This document shows positions 24,705-33,534 of a DNA stretch of 64,000 nucleotides, piece by piece. Made by a program: the position numbers and the translations under genes. The stretch comes from Candidatus Saccharimonadota bacterium (GTDB lineage: Bacteria > Patescibacteriota > Saccharimonadia > Saccharimonadales > Saccharimonadaceae). Location: contig JAFRBH010000011.1 in assembly GCA_017404955.1 (NCBI GenBank), positions 45,453 to 109,452 on the forward strand. Reading direction: 5' to 3'. The notes under the pieces were generated by a model. It ran no database searches, was not told where the DNA came from, and saw only the letters and a list, made by a program, of their open reading frames with translations. Each line of letters starts with the position of its first letter. Position 1 is the stretch's first letter.

Positions 24705-26401
24705 GATATTATTTTAAATTAATAAAAAGATTTTTTAGCTTTCACGCCACTGATAAGGTGCTATTGTTTCATCTCATTTTCTCTGCCTGTTTGAGAGAAG
24801 CCTCGTGGCTTGTGCTTCCTTTTATTACCGCAGAGATTATCGATAGGATCACAGAAGGGAATTTTAATTTAGCATTTCTATGCACCGGCGGGTTCTTACT
24901 AGTAGCACTATTATATATCTTGTGCCATCATTATAATTATTGGGCCTATGCTAAAAACGCCTGCTACATCCACAACACATTACAACGTAAGGTTCTAGAC
25001 AAAGTAGTGACTTTAGACCAAGATTATACCAAGAATATTTCTAAGGCTACTATTGTCAGTACTGCCTTCGAAGACATCACCCAGAACCAACGCATCCCAG
25101 ATTATCTTTTTGACTTTATTACTAATTTTGGTAGTATTTTCTTGAACGCAATCATTCTAATTTTCGTAGATCCGTTGATTGGGTGGACGTCACTAGGGCT
25201 TGCTTTATTCTCTGTAGTTGTTTTCGTCTTTCATATGAAAAGGCGTGATGAATATGCGCTTATTCAACGTTCGCACCAAGACGATATTTCCAGTCTTTAT
25301 AGTCAGATTCTAGACGGTAAAAAGGAAGTACATTCTTTTAATATGAAAGAGGATTTAGCTAAGCAACTCGAGGGGAAGAAAAAGCTTTGGAGAGCTGCCT
25401 ATGGAAAAGAAAGTATTCATTCCGATCTTGCTGATGTGGCCGTTTCCACTATTCTGAGCTCTGGCAGAATCCTGGTTTATGTTATTACGGCTGGTCTGAT
25501 CCTAAATGGCGAATATAGTATTGCTACACTAATCTTAGCAATTGGCTATTATGAAAATATTCTCGATAGCTACAACTCGACCACTGATGTCATCCACGAA
25601 CTTTCCAAATGTAATGTCGCCGTCAATCGCCTTTACAAGCTGCTAAACTATAAGCCGCCTAAACAACTTAAATTCGGTGAGAACAATACTGACGACATCA
25701 AAGGTCGCGTACATTTCGATAAAGTATCTTTCACTTATAGCAGAAAACCACTTATGCGCAACGTCAGCTTTACTATTGAGCCGCATTCATTGACTGGCAT
25801 CGTTGGCAAATCTGGTTCTGGTAAATCTACAATTTTTCGCCTACTCCTACGCCTTTATAAGCCAACGAGAGGGAAAATCTTGGTGGACGGTATTAATATT
25901 AATGACTATTCACAGGAAATTTATGCTAGTAATGTCTCTATTGTTACCCAAAAACCATTTGTCTTTGACATGACTATCAAGGAGAACCTAAGTTTGGTTG
26001 AGCCAGATGTTGAAAAGCAAATTGAAGCCTGCAAAACTGCTGGCATACACGAGACCATCATGCGTTTGGAAAAAGGCTATAATACTAAACTAATTTCTGA
26101 CGGACAGAACCTTTCTGCTGGCCAAAAACAATTACTGTCTCTTGCACGAACATTGCTCTCTCGCTCAGAAATATTATTATTTGATGAGGTCACTTCTGCG
26201 CTTGATGCTGATACCACTAAACAAATTGTAGAAGTTCTGCAGAAGCTGAAGAAAACACACACCGTGCTAGTAATCACCCATAAGCCAGAGATCATGCGCA
26301 AGATGGACGATATCTTAGTAATTGATGAAGGCCGCCTTGTTGGTCGTGGCACACCAAAAAACCTTTTACACAATAAGTATTACAAACTCTTGCAAAAATA
26401 G
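24701..26401 (+). CDS. ABC exporter subunit (fused permease and ATPase) with a canonical nucleotide-binding site
   Basis: 566 aa with an ATGA overlap onto the previous gene. Walker A 'GKSGSGKST', signature 'LSAGQKQ', Walker B plus catalytic Glu 'LLFDEVTSALD', H-loop 'ITHK'. Confidence 0.88.
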   Translation: MRYYFKLIKRFFSFHATDKVLLFHLIFSACLREASWLVLPFITAEIIDRITEGNFNLAFLCTGGFLLVALLYILCHHYNYWAYAKNACYIHNTLQRKVLDKVVTLDQDYTKNISKATIVSTAFEDITQNQRIPDYLFDFITNFGSIFLNAIILIFVDPLIGWTSLGLALFSVVVFVFHMKRRDEYALIQRSHQDDISSLYSQILDGKKEVHSFNMKEDLAKQLEGKKKLWRAAYGKESIHSDLADVAVSTILSSGRILVYVITAGLILNGEYSIATLILAIGYYENILDSYNSTTDVIHELSKCNVAVNRLYKLLNYKPPKQLKFGENNTDDIKGRVHFDKVSFTYSRKPLMRNVSFTIEPHSLTGIVGKSGSGKSTIFRLLLRLYKPTRGKILVDGININDYSQEIYASNVSIVTQKPFVFDMTIKENLSLVEPDVEKQIEACKTAGIHETIMRLEKGYNTKLISDGQNLSAGQKQLLSLARTLLSRSEILLFDEVTSALDADTTKQIVEVLQKLKKTHTVLVITHKPEIMRKMDDILVIDEGRLVGRGTPKNLLHNKYYKLLQK

Positions 26402-26414
26402 ATATAATATATAT

Positions 26415-26753
26415 ATGTTATCAAAGAAATATCGATTTCATTCCAGAGGCGGAGTTAAATACACCTACAGGCACGGAAAGACAATTAGGACACCAAAAAT
26501 CTCCTTAGTTTTTAATGATAACTCACGAGGATTCACACGCACCGCTGTAGTCGTTTCTAAGAAAGTGGAAAAAACCGCAGTTTCTCGTAATCGTATTAGA
26601 CGTCGCATCTATGAAGCAGTCAGGTTGGAATTGCCCAAATATCACAAAGCACGTGACTATGTTTTCGTAGTTTATTCTAAAGATTTGCTGAGTATGAGTT
26701 TTAAAAAGCTGTGCGAGCTAATAGATTCACTTTTCAAGAGAAGTATGATATAA
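26415..26753 (+). CDS. rnpA: Ribonuclease P protein component
   Basis: 112 aa from the ATG at 26415: 'MLSKKYRFHSRGG...TRTAVVVSKKVEKTAVSRNRIRRRIYEAVR'. This carries the RnpA basic motif. It lies upstream of yidC. TATAAT at 26403-26408 is 6 nt before the ATG. Confidence 0.88.
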   Translation: MLSKKYRFHSRGGVKYTYRHGKTIRTPKISLVFNDNSRGFTRTAVVVSKKVEKTAVSRNRIRRRIYEAVRLELPKYHKARDYVFVVYSKDLLSMSFKKLCELIDSLFKRSMI

Positions 26754-26763
26754 TTAACTGAAT

Positions 26764-27864
26764 ATGTTTGAGTTAATTGATCTTATCATTGTTCGCCCTA
26801 TCGTCAATATCCTTTTTGTAATTTATAATTTCGTTGGCGATTTTGGTCTCGCAATTATTTTGTTCACCATCGTGGTTAAATTTCTAATGTGGCCACTGGT
26901 TAAACGTCAACTTCATCAGACCAAATTAATGCGTAAAATCCAGCCAGAACTTGCTGAAATCAAAAAGAATTGTAAAGGCAATCGCCAGATGGAATCTTTG
27001 CAGACCATGGATCTCTATAAGAGGTACAATGTTAAGCCTTTTCGCTCTTTTCTGATGGTACTTATTCAATTGCCAATCTTTATCGCTCTCTATACCGCTA
27101 TCCGTGTAATGGTGATGCCAACCCCTGCCGACAATGTAGCTATGCGTGCCTATGAACCGGTTCAGAAACTTGATCGCATTTCCGAAATAATTGAGCTTCA
27201 AAATCCATACCTTGATAAACTTCAGCACCCAGAGAATATTCCAGAAGGGGAAGAAAATAAGTATGAATTTAGTCCAAAACTATTTGGCATAGTTGATTTG
27301 AATGCCTCAGCATCTGGTATTTTGCGTGGCCAAGTCAACCCTAGTGTCATTTGTGTAATCATCTTCGCACTTGCGGCTGCATTTTTACAGTATTGGCAAT
27401 CACGACAGCAACTTCCGTCTGGAAAATCAGAGAAGTCTAAGTCATTTCGTCAGTTATTAAAAGAGGCTTCATCCGGAGATGGTACAGAGCCGGATCAGTC
27501 TGACATCAATGCTCTTGCTACCAAACAAATGTCCCTGATGATGCCGCTGATGATGCTATTTATTATGTTTTACCTTCCAGGAGCGCTGGTGTTCTACTAC
27601 CTACTCTCTAGTGCCATAGCCGTTATTCAGCAAAAAATCGTCTTAAATAAAGCCGATGATGAGATGGAAATTGCCACTGACAAAACAATCTTAAAAGAGC
27701 TTAAAGATGTTAAAGAAGCTCAAGTAATCGAAAATAAAAAGACGGGTACTAAAATCACCCGTATCTCTGCTAAAGACATAAAGGGTGGCAAACCTAGCAA
27801 TTCTTCAAAAAACAAAAACACCATCAAAAAGTCTCCTAAAAATAATAAGAAAAGGAGAAAATAA
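26764..27864 (+). CDS. yidC: Membrane protein insertase YidC (Gram-positive-type, with a Lys-rich C-terminal tail)
   Basis: 366 aa with 'LAIILFTIVVKFLMWPLVKRQLHQTKLMRKIQPELAEIKK' and multiple TM helices. The tail is 'KPSNSSKNKNTIKKSPKNNKKRRK'. TGaTATAAT (hexamer 26749-26754) lies 9 nt before the ATG. Confidence 0.9.
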   Translation: MFELIDLIIVRPIVNILFVIYNFVGDFGLAIILFTIVVKFLMWPLVKRQLHQTKLMRKIQPELAEIKKNCKGNRQMESLQTMDLYKRYNVKPFRSFLMVLIQLPIFIALYTAIRVMVMPTPADNVAMRAYEPVQKLDRISEIIELQNPYLDKLQHPENIPEGEENKYEFSPKLFGIVDLNASASGILRGQVNPSVICVIIFALAAAFLQYWQSRQQLPSGKSEKSKSFRQLLKEASSGDGTEPDQSDINALATKQMSLMMPLMMLFIMFYLPGALVFYYLLSSAIAVIQQKIVLNKADDEMEIATDKTILKELKDVKEAQVIENKKTGTKITRISAKDIKGGKPSNSSKNKNTIKKSPKNNKKRRK

Positions 27865-27866
27865 TT

Positions 27867-28346
27867 ATGGATAGAGACGAATCAGTACGTTTCGCTACTA
27901 AATATTTGGAGGACTTATTAAGTTTCTTTGGTATTAATGTAGCAGTGGACTCAACTTTAGACGAAGAGGTAATCCAACTTTCCGTGCCATCAACTTCAAT
28001 GAACTCGCTTTTGATTGGCAGAAATGCCGATAACCTAAGGGCACTTCAGTTTATCGTATCGCAAGCACTGGCTGCAAAAAACGCAGAGGTAACTAGGGTT
28101 AATGTTGATGTGGCAGATTATAAACGTCAACGTGCAGATCGTATTGCCGAAAAAGCGGAGGGATGGATTAAAAAGGTTCGCGAAACTGGTGAGCCAATGC
28201 GACTTGATCTCTCTCCAGCCGATCGTCGTGTAGTCCATAAGCTGGCAGAGGATTATTATGGTATCTCCACTCATTCTGAGGGCGAGGGTAGGGAACGACA
28301 GCTCATTATTGAAAAGACTGCAAGTATTGATGATAATGAAGAATAA
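27867..28346 (+). CDS. jag: Jag/KhpB-family RNA-binding protein (KH plus R3H domains)
   Basis: 159 aa in the canonical position after yidC. The C-terminal R3H-like block is 'MRLDLSPADRRVVHKLAEDYYGISTHSEGEGRERQLII'. AAGGAG SD upstream. Confidence 0.8.
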   Translation: MDRDESVRFATKYLEDLLSFFGINVAVDSTLDEEVIQLSVPSTSMNSLLIGRNADNLRALQFIVSQALAAKNAEVTRVNVDVADYKRQRADRIAEKAEGWIKKVRETGEPMRLDLSPADRRVVHKLAEDYYGISTHSEGEGRERQLIIEKTASIDDNEE

Positions 28347-28350
28347 ATAA

Positions 28351-28384
28351 AAAAGAACCCCAATACTGAGGGTTCTTTTTTATT
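28351..28384. terminator. Bidirectional rho-independent terminator between jag and the LCP gene
   Basis: 10-bp stem AAAAGAACCC/GGGTTCTTTT (28351-28360 and 28370-28379) with a 9-nt loop, flanked by an A-run and a T-run. Confidence 0.75.
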
Positions 28385-30029
28385 GTTCTGCAGGTTTGCC
28401 AATTATTACCACTACATCAACACCAGTTGTGTCGATGTTTTCTGGCAACTCTTCACTTCCCCTAACAATAGTTTCGTATTTATCAGCTAACACTTCAGCT
28501 GTTCCAGGAGTCTTGCCACTTACGTGGTAGACGTAGTAACTTTCATTATAGTTACCATCTGGTGCATCGGCAGCTGTTACGTTTGTGTAGCCATCATTCA
28601 CTAGTTTTACTTTTTCTTGGCTGGCTACGCCCACTTCTCCAGAACCATTCAATACTGCAATATTAGCATCTTCGCGCACTGCAGGATTACTTGAGAACAT
28701 CTTAGCGATATACTCCTGAATCTCTTTATAATTGCTGTTGCCTGCACTTGGGACTACATAAGAAATACCGTTCATTTCAGCGGTCTTGACATAATATATA
28801 TTATTCTCGTAATCGACTAACGGGACCTGTCTCATTGAGCTAAGAGAGAGGTCTTTAGCAAGCGCTAGTAGGGTCTTAATCTCATCGATTGAAAAATTCA
28901 TACGCACATTGTCGCCGACTGCTTCAACTAACCCGAGCACTTTACCAAAATCAATGCCTCCACCTAAAATTTTATTCTGAATTGCCACTAAAATCTTCTG
29001 TTGGCTGTTACCACGAGAGAAATCACCAGCCTCAGTACCATGCCTTGCACGTGCAAGCGCTAAGGCCTGGACACCATTCAACTCTTTTGGCTCACCCGCC
29101 TTCATATAAGTTTCTGTCCAGGCATCGTTAACATCCTCATCAAGAGTAACAGTAATGCCGTCGATGCCATCAACTACTGAGACTAATGCCGCCCAATCAA
29201 GATGTACCCAGTATTGTATATCTACGCCCAAAATATCTTTAATTGTATTAGCTAAGGCTTCGGCACCAGCGGATTCATCAGTGCCATCAATATTGGCGCA
29301 CCAATAAACCTCGTTAACTTTGCCAGTAGAGGTGCAAGTCTTTCCGACATAAAGGTCACGTGGCAAATTCACCATTGCCAAATCATTAGTCTCCTGATCA
29401 AGAGATAATACCATAATAGAATCAGTGAGCATCGCTCCATCATGTGCATAATCGCCTTCAGATCCCTCCATATCATAACCTGAAGTCCCAAAAATCAAGA
29501 CATTTGTTCTGCCATTAGCATCAGTTTTTAACTTAACATTATTAGAGATGGCACCGATAAAATCAAATAGTCCGGAGCGACCACTAGTTAGTTTAGAAAT
29601 TAGAGTATTACCCCAGATTGCAAAAGCCCCAACTCCCAATGCTAAAATTACAAAAATAACAATCAATACTTTTAGTCCAGTACGTTTCTTCTTAATACCA
29701 GACTTTTTATGTTTTCCAGAAGAAGAGTTTGTCTTGTCGCGCTTCTTTAAGCTATAATCTGGTTTTAATTCCTTAGAAGATAAGTCAAAATCTAGAGTAG
29801 AAACAGGCTTCAAAAAATCTTCCTCCGCTTTTAATCTAGCCTTCTCTGCATCTGTTCCGCTCCTTGCCAAACCAAAATCTGCTTCATTTTTAGACTTATT
29901 TGAGCTCAATTGAGAAGGCCTAGTTCTATTAGATTGCCTTGTGCCATCAAAACCAACCACTCGACGATTCGTATTAGAACCTCTCGCCGGTTTCATCCCA
30001 TCAATAGTTCTCGCAGTATTATTAGCCAC
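28380..30029 (-). CDS. LytR-CpsA-Psr (LCP) family cell-wall glycopolymer ligase
   Basis: 549 aa with a basic cytoplasmic N-terminus, one TM helix ('LKVLIVIFVILALGVGAFAIWG'), LCP blocks 'TDSIMVLSLDQETNDLAMVNLPRDLYV' and 'ARARHGTEAGDFSRGNSQQKIL', and a C-terminal LytR_C-like domain. The start is uncertain. GTG at 30029 lies 9 nt after a minus-strand TGtTATAAT (30047-30039); the alternative is ATG at 29996. Confidence 0.8.
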   Translation of the reverse strand: MANNTARTIDGMKPARGSNTNRRVVGFDGTRQSNRTRPSQLSSNKSKNEADFGLARSGTDAEKARLKAEEDFLKPVSTLDFDLSSKELKPDYSLKKRDKTNSSSGKHKKSGIKKKRTGLKVLIVIFVILALGVGAFAIWGNTLISKLTSGRSGLFDFIGAISNNVKLKTDANGRTNVLIFGTSGYDMEGSEGDYAHDGAMLTDSIMVLSLDQETNDLAMVNLPRDLYVGKTCTSTGKVNEVYWCANIDGTDESAGAEALANTIKDILGVDIQYWVHLDWAALVSVVDGIDGITVTLDEDVNDAWTETYMKAGEPKELNGVQALALARARHGTEAGDFSRGNSQQKILVAIQNKILGGGIDFGKVLGLVEAVGDNVRMNFSIDEIKTLLALAKDLSLSSMRQVPLVDYENNIYYVKTAEMNGISYVVPSAGNSNYKEIQEYIAKMFSSNPAVREDANIAVLNGSGEVGVASQEKVKLVNDGYTNVTAADAPDGNYNESYYVYHVSGKTPGTAEVLADKYETIVRGSEELPENIDTTGVDVVVIIGKPAEQ

Positions 30030-30091
30030 TATTCATCTATTATAACATAAGCAGCACATAAAAACCATAAAAGTGTTATAATTAATACAAG

Positions 30092-30424
30092 ATGAGTGTT
30101 AAATTGACTAAAAAACAGCAGTTAGTTTACGATTATATTGCTGACTTTATCAATATACAAGGATATTCTCCTTCTTACAGAGATATCTGTGCGGGCTTAG
30201 GGCTTTCTTCAGTCTCCGCCGTGGCAGAGCATATTGATAATCTAGTAGCACTCGGCGCCCTTAGAAAAGTACCAGGTACTGCTCGCTCCCTAGAAGTAAT
30301 TGATTATACCTACCCGGAAACTATTGCACTTTTTCGTTCCAAAATGGAGAATGCTACAGAGGAAGAACTTGAGATTCTAAGAAAATGTGCTAAAATATTA
30401 GATATAGATATATCGGAGAGTTAG
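30092..30424 (+). CDS. LexA-like winged-helix DNA-binding protein lacking the S24 peptidase domain
   Basis: 110 aa. 'LTKKQQLVYDYIADFINIQGYSPSYRDICAGLGLSSVSAVAEHIDNLVALGALRKVPGTARSLEV' matches the LexA N-terminal DNA-binding domain pattern. The protein ends about 40 aa later without Ser/Lys dyad motifs. TGtTATAAT lies 9 nt before the ATG. Confidence 0.65.
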   Translation: MSVKLTKKQQLVYDYIADFINIQGYSPSYRDICAGLGLSSVSAVAEHIDNLVALGALRKVPGTARSLEVIDYTYPETIALFRSKMENATEEELEILRKCAKILDIDISES

Positions 30425-31387
30425 ATGAGTATTTTAGATCCTACAATTTCAATTGTTATACCAATTCATAACGAAGCAGAAGTTTTGCCAGAATTTTTGG
30501 ACAAAAAGCTTCTTCCTGAAATTGAAAAAATAAAGAATTATAAGATAGAAGTAATCTTTGTTGACGATGGTTCGACCGATAAATCGGCTGAAATCTTAGA
30601 GAATTATACTGAAAAATCCAGAAAGTTTAAACTAATTTCTCTTTCCCGAAATTTTGGCAAAGAACCAGCACTTTCTGCTGGCTTAAAGTATGCCAAGGGT
30701 GCGGCAGTAATTACTATTGATGCCGATGGTCAACAACCGCCAGAACTTATCCCTAAATTTATTGAGAAATGGGAAAATGGTGCAGAAATTGTCACAGGTG
30801 TGCGCGATCGTTTCACTAAGCATGGTTTTGTTCAGAAGACTGGTAGCAAGTTGTTTTATTGGATGCTTAGGAAAATGGGGAACAAACACACTGTCCCTGG
30901 TAGTACCGATTTTCGCCTTATTGACCGCACCGTTGTGGATGAGTTTAATAAACTTTCTGAACACAATCGTATCACTAGAGGTTTAATCGATTGGCTGGGT
31001 TTTAAGCAGGAATACATTAAATACACTTATGGCGCTCGTCTCGCTGGCAAGCCTTCATATAACATGTCGAAATTATTTCATCTAGCTATCGACAGCTTTG
31101 TTTCTATGTCCACCACGCCGCTGGTGATTTTTGGCTACATTGGCGCGATTATTACAGTTTTATCGTTCCTACTTGGAATCTTCGTAATTGTCCAACAATA
31201 CATTTTGGGTGATCCTTTAGGTCTATATTGGAATGGTGCCGTTCAGATGGCAATTTTCATCACCTTCTTAGTAGGCCTAGTGCTAATCTCTCAGGCTATT
31301 TCCGCACTTTATATTTCACATATTCACGCCGAAGCTCAAGGCCGCCCACTATATATTGTCGATAAGAAAAAGTCTAAAAATCTCTAG
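30425..31387 (+). CDS. GT2 polyprenol-phosphate glycosyltransferase (GtrB/ArnC/DPM1-like)
   Basis: 320 aa with 'ISIVIPIHNEAEVL', 'VDDGSTDKS', 'TIDADGQ', and two C-terminal TM helices typical of bactoprenol-phosphate sugar synthases. Confidence 0.8.
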   Translation: MSILDPTISIVIPIHNEAEVLPEFLDKKLLPEIEKIKNYKIEVIFVDDGSTDKSAEILENYTEKSRKFKLISLSRNFGKEPALSAGLKYAKGAAVITIDADGQQPPELIPKFIEKWENGAEIVTGVRDRFTKHGFVQKTGSKLFYWMLRKMGNKHTVPGSTDFRLIDRTVVDEFNKLSEHNRITRGLIDWLGFKQEYIKYTYGARLAGKPSYNMSKLFHLAIDSFVSMSTTPLVIFGYIGAIITVLSFLLGIFVIVQQYILGDPLGLYWNGAVQMAIFITFLVGLVLISQAISALYISHIHAEAQGRPLYIVDKKKSKNL

Positions 31388-31407
31388 AATAGATATATAA
31401 TATATAT

Positions 31408-32340
31408 ATGGATAAAGTTGCAATACTCATTCCTTGTTACAACGAGGAAAAAACTATCGAGCAGGTGGTAAAAGATTTTAAAAAGCATGTGCCAACTGCT
31501 AAGATTTATGTTTATGATAATAACTCCACCGATAAGACTGCTGAACTAGCTAAAGCGGCTGGCGCAATTGTTCGCCATGAATATTCCCGAGGGAAGGGAA
31601 ATGTTATTCGTAGAATGCTTCGGGAAATTAACGCCGAAATTTATGTCATGGTTGATGGTGATGCCACTTATTCCGCAGCTGACGCCCCAGCTATGATTAA
31701 GATGATAGAAGAAAAGCGTGCGGAGATGGTGGTAGGCGATCGCCTTTCCGGTGCATATTATACTGAAAACAAACGTCCATTTCACAATTTTGGCAATAAT
31801 TTAGTCCGCGGACTTATCAACAAGATTTTTAAGAGTGATATCTCTGACATTATGACTGGTTATCGCGCTATGAGCTATGAATTCGTAAAAACATTCCCGG
31901 TTCTTTCACGTGGCTTTGAAATTGAAACTGAAATGTCCATTCATGCCGCTTTCCGTCGTATGCGCACGGAAAATATTACGATCTCCTATAAAGATCGTCC
32001 AGAGGGAAGTGAAAGCAAGCTCAGCACTTTCTCCGATGGCTTCAAAGTGCTTGGCACAATTTTATATCTGTTAGTTGTTTATAAGCCAATGCTATTTTTC
32101 GGTACCCTAGCTACAATTTTATTAGCGCTAGGACTAATTTTCTTCATTCCAATTTTTATCGAATTTCTTTCTACCAGAGCAGTGCCGCGCTTCCCAACCC
32201 TTATTGTTTCGATATTCACAATGCTAATTGCACTAGTCTTTTATCTTGTTGGTTTCTTCTCAAAAATTTCACTAGTTAAAGATGCTCGCGAATTCGAATA
32301 TAAATTAGTTACCGTAGCGCTTCTTAAGGAGAAGTTGTAA
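31408..32340 (+). CDS. GT2 glycosyltransferase with C-terminal TM helices (polyprenol-phosphate sugar synthase-like)
   Basis: 310 aa with 'VAILIPCYNEEKTI', 'YDNNSTDKT', 'MVDGDATY' and two C-terminal hydrophobic helices. TATAAT lies 6 nt before the ATG. Confidence 0.75.
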   Translation: MDKVAILIPCYNEEKTIEQVVKDFKKHVPTAKIYVYDNNSTDKTAELAKAAGAIVRHEYSRGKGNVIRRMLREINAEIYVMVDGDATYSAADAPAMIKMIEEKRAEMVVGDRLSGAYYTENKRPFHNFGNNLVRGLINKIFKSDISDIMTGYRAMSYEFVKTFPVLSRGFEIETEMSIHAAFRRMRTENITISYKDRPEGSESKLSTFSDGFKVLGTILYLLVVYKPMLFFGTLATILLALGLIFFIPIFIEFLSTRAVPRFPTLIVSIFTMLIALVFYLVGFFSKISLVKDAREFEYKLVTVALLKEKL

Positions 32341-33512
32341 TGATGGGCTTTGAGTATCTAGACAAAAATGTAGTTTATGTTGATTCAGCCTGCCAGTCTC
32401 TCCGTCCGCAGCCGGTAATTGATGCTATAAATGAGTACTACAAGAAACACAACTCGTGTGGCGAACGTGTTAAATATGACTGGGGAATTATTACTGACGA
32501 AAAGGTCGAGGCGACGCGTGGTAAGGTTTTAAAGTATGTTAAAAAGAGCCCACGCCATTATTTTGTTTCTTTTACCTTGAATACTACTTATGGGCTGAAT
32601 CTTATTCTCTCTCAGATTGACATTAAAAAAGCTGGTATCAAAACCATCGTTACTTCCGATATTGAACACAATTCGCCGTTTCTTTCTACAATTTCTTGTG
32701 CTAAGAAGAATCATCTAAAAAGGGAAGTAATCACTAGAAATGAAGACGGCTCAATTAATCCAGACGATATCCCAGAAAGAGCACTCGTAGTGGTGAATTG
32801 CGCTTCCAATATTGACGGTAGATTATTAATTAATATCAAGGGAATTATCAAAAAAGTTCATAAAACTGGTGGCTATATCGTCATTGATGCTGCACAAGCG
32901 ATGGCTCACTCATCAGAAATTTTATATGATGTAGAGCCGGATGCGATCTGTTTTTCCGCACATAAAATGTATGCCCCATCTCTGGGCGGCATTATTATTC
33001 GTCACGATTTCGCTAAGCTCATCGACACTAACTTTATTGGCGGCGGTATGGTAGATGATGTTGATAAAGAAACATTCTTACTTTCTAAGGACAACAAAGA
33101 ACATAGCTACACTCAGTTTGAAGCGGGTCTCCAAGCTTGGGGAGAAATTATTGGTCTTGGTGCTTCAATTGACTGGCTAAATAGTCTGTCAAAAAAAGAT
33201 CATCAGATGCTTGAGAAAAACACTAAGGAGTTATTTGAGCTTTTGTCTAGTAAAGAAAAGTTACACTTGATAAATAAAGTACCGGCCACTACTATGTCTT
33301 TCTATGTTGATAAAAAGGAAATGGGTTATGACAGCCATGTGCTGGGGGCCGCTTTGGCGGACAGTGGTATTATGGCTCGCACTGGTTACTTCTGCGTTCA
33401 TTATTATCTAGATCATGTTAAACATTACCCTCCGCTGATTAGATTTTCTTTGGGCTACCATAATCGTCCAGAAGATATTAAGAAGATTGCCGAAGCCCTC
33501 AAGAATTTTTAA
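32340..33512 (+). CDS. Class V aminotransferase-fold PLP-dependent enzyme (cysteine desulfurase/SufS-like family)
   Basis: 390 aa with 'YVDSACQSLRPQPVIDAINEYY' and the PLP-lysine context 'FSAHKMYAPSLGGIII'. AAGGAG SD upstream. Confidence 0.65.
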   Translation: MMGFEYLDKNVVYVDSACQSLRPQPVIDAINEYYKKHNSCGERVKYDWGIITDEKVEATRGKVLKYVKKSPRHYFVSFTLNTTYGLNLILSQIDIKKAGIKTIVTSDIEHNSPFLSTISCAKKNHLKREVITRNEDGSINPDDIPERALVVVNCASNIDGRLLINIKGIIKKVHKTGGYIVIDAAQAMAHSSEILYDVEPDAICFSAHKMYAPSLGGIIIRHDFAKLIDTNFIGGGMVDDVDKETFLLSKDNKEHSYTQFEAGLQAWGEIIGLGASIDWLNSLSKKDHQMLEKNTKELFELLSSKEKLHLINKVPATTMSFYVDKKEMGYDSHVLGAALADSGIMARTGYFCVHYYLDHVKHYPPLIRFSLGYHNRPEDIKKIAEALKNF

Positions 33513-33534
33513 TCTGTGCTATTATATATAATAT

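Noticed and set aside
30030-30091. A canonical SOS box (CGAACN4GTTCG or CTGTN8ACAG) near the LexA-like gene
   Set aside because: Neither consensus is present. Only an imperfect TGT-N10-ACA palindrome overlaps the -10 box, and it is reported as speculative within the LexA-like finding.
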